64,000 nucleotides of DNA. It comes from Mobula hypostoma. Taxonomy: Eukaryota. The position numbers and the translations under genes were made by a program. Position 1 is the stretch's first letter. Every line of letters starts with the position of its first letter. Location of the stretch: positions 229,340,001 through 229,404,000 of the forward strand of contig NC_086097.1 of NCBI RefSeq assembly GCF_963921235.1, in the 5' to 3' direction. Below, piece after piece: positions 59,421 through 64,000 of the stretch. Below the pieces are notes generated by a model. That model was not told where the DNA came from. It ran no database searches and worked only from the letters and a program-made list of their open reading frames with translations.

Positions 59421-60796
59421 CATTAGTAAGACCAAGGAATTGATTGTGGACTTCAGGAAAGGGTAAGTGGAGGGAACATACTCCAATCCTCATTGAGGGA
59501 TTAGTAGTGGAAAGGGTGAGTAGTTTCAAGTTCCTGTGTGTCAACAACATCTCTGAAGATCTATCCTGGGCCAGCATATTGATGTAGTTACAAAGAAGGC
59601 AATAACAACAGTGGCTATATTTAATTAAGATTTTGAAGAGACTTGGTATGTCACTAAAGACTCCAGCAAATTTCTACAGAACTGCCGTGGAGAGCATTCT
59701 AACTGGTTAGATCACCATCTGGTATGGAGAGGCCACTACACAGGATCGGGAAAAAGCTGCAGAAGGCTCTATCATGGGCATTAGATACCCCAGTGTCAAG
59801 AACATCTTCAAAACGCAATGCCTCAAAAAAGCTGCATCTATCATTAATGATCTCCATCACCCAGGACACGACCTCTTCTCATTGCTACCATCAAGGCAGA
59901 GATACAGTCTGAAGACACACACTCAAAGTTTTAGGAACAGTTTCTTCCCATCTACAATCAGGTTTCTGAATGTACAATGAACCCATGTAATCTACCTCTA
60001 TTTTTCTTTTTTTGCTGTCTATTTGCACTGTACATTTAGTTTATTTTTATTACTGTAATACATAGTTTTTTAATATTCTGTATTGCACTGTACTGCTGCA
60101 AAACAACAAATTTCACAATGTATTCCAGTGATATTAAACCTGATTCTGATTCTGTTGAACAACTCATTTTTTGGCCAACATGGGTACAAAAGGCCAAACA
60201 ATCACCTTTTTATCGTGTAAACTTCTGTGACTCTCCCAGATAAGAGCCTATGACATATTTTAGATCATTTTTAAAAATACAATCTCCTTAATTTGGCTGA
60301 TATTTATTCCTCATTTTCCATCACTAGTACCTTCCCTTCATGTTTTCCCTTACTGTGATTAAAACCTGCACATAATCACACTGTCTTGAACCTGCAGTGA
60401 GGTTTCCTTATCTTTTGCATCCCAAGCAAGCTGCAACAAAGCCCAATACAATGTTTACTTCCTTGCTATACACTCATTTTCTGTGTTCCATGGACAAAGA
60501 TACCCACTGAGCATCAGCATTTAAGGACTTTAAGCAACACACAGAAATACTGGAGGAACTTAGCAAGTCAGGCAGCATCTACGGACAAAAATAAACAGTG
60601 TTCGTTTCTAGACAGGGCCCTTCATCAGGACTGGAAAGGAAGGGACAGAAGACGGAATAAGATGGTGGGGGGAGGGGAAGGAGTACAATCTGGCAGGTGA
60701 TAGGTGAGATCAGGTGAGGTGTGTGAAGGAGGAGGGGACGATGGGAGATTCTGGAAGGTTTTGCGTGGAAGAAGTAGGGCCAGAAGAGCTAATCTG

Positions 60797-61903
60797 ATAG
60801 AACATAGAATAGTACAGCACAGTACAGGCCCTTCGGCCCACAATGTTGTGCTGATCCTCAAACTCTGCCTCCCATATAACCTCCCACCTTAAATTCCTCC
60901 ATATATCTGTCTAGTAGTCTCTTAAACTTCACTAGTGTATCTGCCTCCACCACTGACTCAGGCAGTGCATTCCATGCACCAACCACTCTCTGAGTAAAAA
61001 ACCTTCCTCTAATATCCCCCTTGAACTTCCCACCCCTTACCTAAAAGCCATGTCCTCTTGTATTGAGCAGTGGTGCCCTGGGGAAGAGGTGCTGGCTATC
61101 CACTCTATCTATTCCTCTTATTATCTTGTACACCTCTATCATGTCTCCTCTCATCCTCCTTCTCTCCAAAGAGTAAAGCCCTAGCTCCCTTAATCTCTGA
61201 TCATAATGTATACTCTCTAAACCAGGCAGCATCCTGGTAAATCTCCTCTTTACCCTTTCCAATGCTTCCACATCCTTCCTATAGTGAGGCGACCAGAACT
61301 GGACACAGTACTCCAAGTGTGGCCTAACCAGAGTTTTATAGAGCTGCATCATTACCCCGCGACTCTTAAACTCTATCCCTCGACTTATGAAAGCTAACAC
61401 CCGATAAGCTTTCTTAACTACACTTTCAGGGATCTGTGGACATGTACCCCGAGATCCCTCTGCTCCTCCACACTACCGAGTATCCTGCCATTTACTTTGT
61501 ACTCTGCCTTGGAGTTTGTCCTTCCAAAGTGTACCGCCTCACACTTCTCCGGGTTGAACTCCATCTGCCACTTCTCAGCCCACTTCTGCATCCTATCAAT
61601 GTCTCTCTGCAATCTTCGACAATCCTCTACACTATCTACGACACCACCAACCTTTGTGTCGTCTGCAAACTTGCCAACCCACCCTTCTACCCCCACATCC
61701 AGGTCGTTAATGAAAATCACGAAAAGTAGAGGTCCCAGAACAGATCCTTGTGGGACACCACTAGTCATAACCCTCCAATCCGAATGTACACCCTCCACCA
61801 CGACCCTCTGCCTTCTGCAGGCAAGCTATTTCTGAATCCACCTGGCCAAACATCCCTGGATCCCATGCCTTCTGACTTTCTGAATAAGCCTACCATGTGG
61901 AAC
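60797..61903 (-). mobile_element. 5'-truncated CR1 inserted in a Penelope 3' fragment (about 60530-60790 and 61904-62010)
   Basis: [45 protein letters not shown]. The flank carries a minus-strand hammerhead-like motif at about 60596-60635. Confidence 0.9.
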
Positions 61904-62769
61904 TGTGGACAGAGGAATGAGAAGAAGGAGGTGGGAACCAAAGGGAGTTGAAGGCAGATCATGAGAGTGGGACGGGAGAATGTACAAGGTGAGAGGACTA
62001 TTTCCCTCCAAAGGTGTTGAATTTCCCTAGCTTTTTGTGTGTTTTGTTCAAGATTTGCAGCATCAGCAAAACTTGTGTCTTTAAAGGTTTTGAATCATTT
62101 GAAAACATCCTATTTTTCTATCAAGGTGAAAAAAACTTATTTCCCCATTTTATACTCCTGTTAACATCACATTGCAGAATCTTTGTACCTTCTTCACTGT
62201 TCACTTTCCACCTAGACTTACATTGCCATCAGACTTGGAAATGTTATACTTTATCAATTTCTTCTAAAACTTCAATTAGATTGTAAATGGCTGAAGCAGC
62301 AAACTTTACTATAGTGAGAGAGGAGCATAATGGTTGACTAAGGATATGTCAAGACTTGTCTTTCCTATGTAGGGTTTTTTCTTGTTGGTTAGGTCTAAAC
62401 GGTCAGTTATCACTTCTACTGTGAATTTCTTTCTGCAGTGATAGCTGTGGAAATTTTTACTGCTATTAGTTCTTTGTTGATTTGTTTGTGCAAATGTTAG
62501 TGCTTTAGAAGCATTTATTTTGGAGAGTCAAATTTAAATGCTTTTGACATACCACCCTTTTGAAGGCTGCTCCTTGGTTCATTAATGCATTTACCTATAC
62601 CTTTTTAATATCTGGTTTATTTTGTATCGAATCATCAGAAGCATGAAATACTTGAGAGCCTCAGCAATTATCAAAACTAGTTGAGCCCTGTTTGTGGAAC
62701 AAGGAATGAGAAATTGCAGTGTGACAATGGAACTCAGTTTGCTACAAGGGAATTTACAATTTGCAAAGC

Positions 62770-63510
62770 AATATGCACTATGGTGATCTTATACCCAACT
62801 CTCCTGGGTTTTATAGTGAGACGTACAGTGTTTTGAGCAGTTTGGGGCCTCTTATCGAAGAAAGGACGTGCTGGGATCGGAAAGGGTACAGAGAAGGTTC
62901 AGAAGAATCATCCCAGGAATGATGTTTGAGGAGCATTTGATTGCTCTGGGCCTGTACTGACTGGAGTTTGGAGAATAGGAGTTAGGGATCTCATTGGAAC
63001 CTGTTGAATATTGAAACATCTGGATAGAGTGGGGGCCGGCTGGTGGTGCAGTGACATCAGCGCCGGTCTCCGTAGCGAAGGTTCCCAAGTTCGAATCCAG
63101 TCAGGCCGATCCCGGACACGTTTTCCATCCGAAACTCGCAACTCAGCCTCATAAAAAAAAACTGCGCTGTGAGAAGGACGTGGGGGAACACTCACAGAAT
63201 CTTTCCTCCAAGACAACCACTTGAAAAAAGTGGTCACCGAGGCTCTGGTAGAGTATGGCACACACAAAAAAAGAGAGTGGATGTGGAGAGGATTTTTCTG
63301 TAGCAGGGGAGACTAGAAACAGAATAGAGGTACGTCCCTTCAGTACAGAGATGAGGAGGAATTCCTTTCGTCAGAGGTTGGTGAATCTGAAGAATTCATT
63401 GCCACAGACGTCTGTGTGAGGCCAAGTCATTGGGTAAATTTTAAACAGAGCTTGATAGATTCTTGATTAGTAAGGATGTCAAAGTTTCTGGGCATAGGGA
63501 GGGTTGGAGA
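62770..63510 (+). mobile_element. Degenerate CR1 3' fragment
   Basis: gcagttttgggg...gtacagagaaggttc...ctgggcctgtact..ctggagttt, similar to 31500-31980. Confidence 0.75.
63033..63273 (+). mobile_element. tRNA-derived SINE, apparently complete
   Basis: Box A tggtgcagtga, box B gttcgaatcc, cacacacaaaaaaa tail, 7-bp TSD agagtgg at 63026-63032 and 63274-63280. Confidence 0.82.
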
Positions 63511-63529
63511 ATAAAGCTGAGTATACTAG

Positions 63530-64000
63530 GCACCCACCAAACTCTGTGTAACAAAAAAATTGCTTCTCACATTTCCTTTGAAATTACCCCCTCTCATCTT
63601 AAATTAATGTCCTCTGACAATTCAATCCTGGAACAATGATACTGTCTGTCTATTCTGTCTGTGCCTCTCATAACCTTATAAATCTCTATCGGATCTCCCC
63701 TCAGCCTCCACCACCAACAGAGAAAACAACCCAAGTTTTTCCAAGTTCTCATTACAGTGCATGCCCTCTAATGCAGTCAACATCCTGGTTAACCTCTTCT
63801 GCACCTTCTTTAAAGCTTCAATATCCTTCCTATAATGGGATGACCAGACTGTAGACTCCAGATGCAGCCTAACTAGAATGTTATAAAGCAGCAACATGAC
63901 TTCCTGACTTTTGAACTCAGTGTTTCGACTCATAAAGGCAAACATGCCATATGCCATCTTAACCATTCCACCAAGCTGTGTAGCCACTTTCAGGGAGTTA
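63530..64000 (-). mobile_element. CR1 3' fragment running off the window
   Basis: AYGMFAFMSRNTEFKSQEVML...WSSHYRKDIEALKKVQKRLTRML. Confidence 0.85.

Larger units (their letters stand above)
56900..60152 (+). mobile_element. Decayed Rex1/Babar LINE interrupted by LTR insertions (about 57601-57925 and 57937-59420)
   Basis: [29 protein letters not shown] | SKTKELIVDFRK, HPGHDLFSLLPS; attaaacctgattctgattct tail. Confidence 0.88.

Noticed and set aside
63033..63110. tRNA gene
   Set aside because: A and B boxes are present, but there is no acceptor-stem closure or Pol III terminator, and it is followed by a SINE body, tail and TSD.

Overview
Eukaryotic, vertebrate-type DNA made almost entirely of nested transposable elements. 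I could not support any host protein-coding exon, so the window is intergenic or deep-intronic. The repeat set is CR1 LINEs with (TTTCTATG)n tails and an SGNH-esterase ORF1, V-domain/HE1-type SINEs, Rex1/Babar LINEs and Penelope-like elements; this suggests a cartilaginous fish, probably a ray or skate (inference). Highlights: (1) a full-length L1 at 8738-14647 (minus strand) with both ORFs open and a perfect 12-bp TSD; (2) a 513-bp non-coding RTE-type retroposon at 16627-17139 whose 5' end can be hand-folded into an HDV-like ribozyme core; (3) several minimal type-I hammerhead ribozyme motifs in Penelope-derived repeats, best at 1208-1247; (4) two copies of one LTR family (38994-40239 and 57937-59420) that amplified different internal segments into minisatellites; (5) TA-CWG-TA insertions that look like Tc1/mariner excision footprints. 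Boundaries of old repeats are approximate; TSD-defined boundaries were read directly from the sequence. Family names come from motif recognition, not from database searches.
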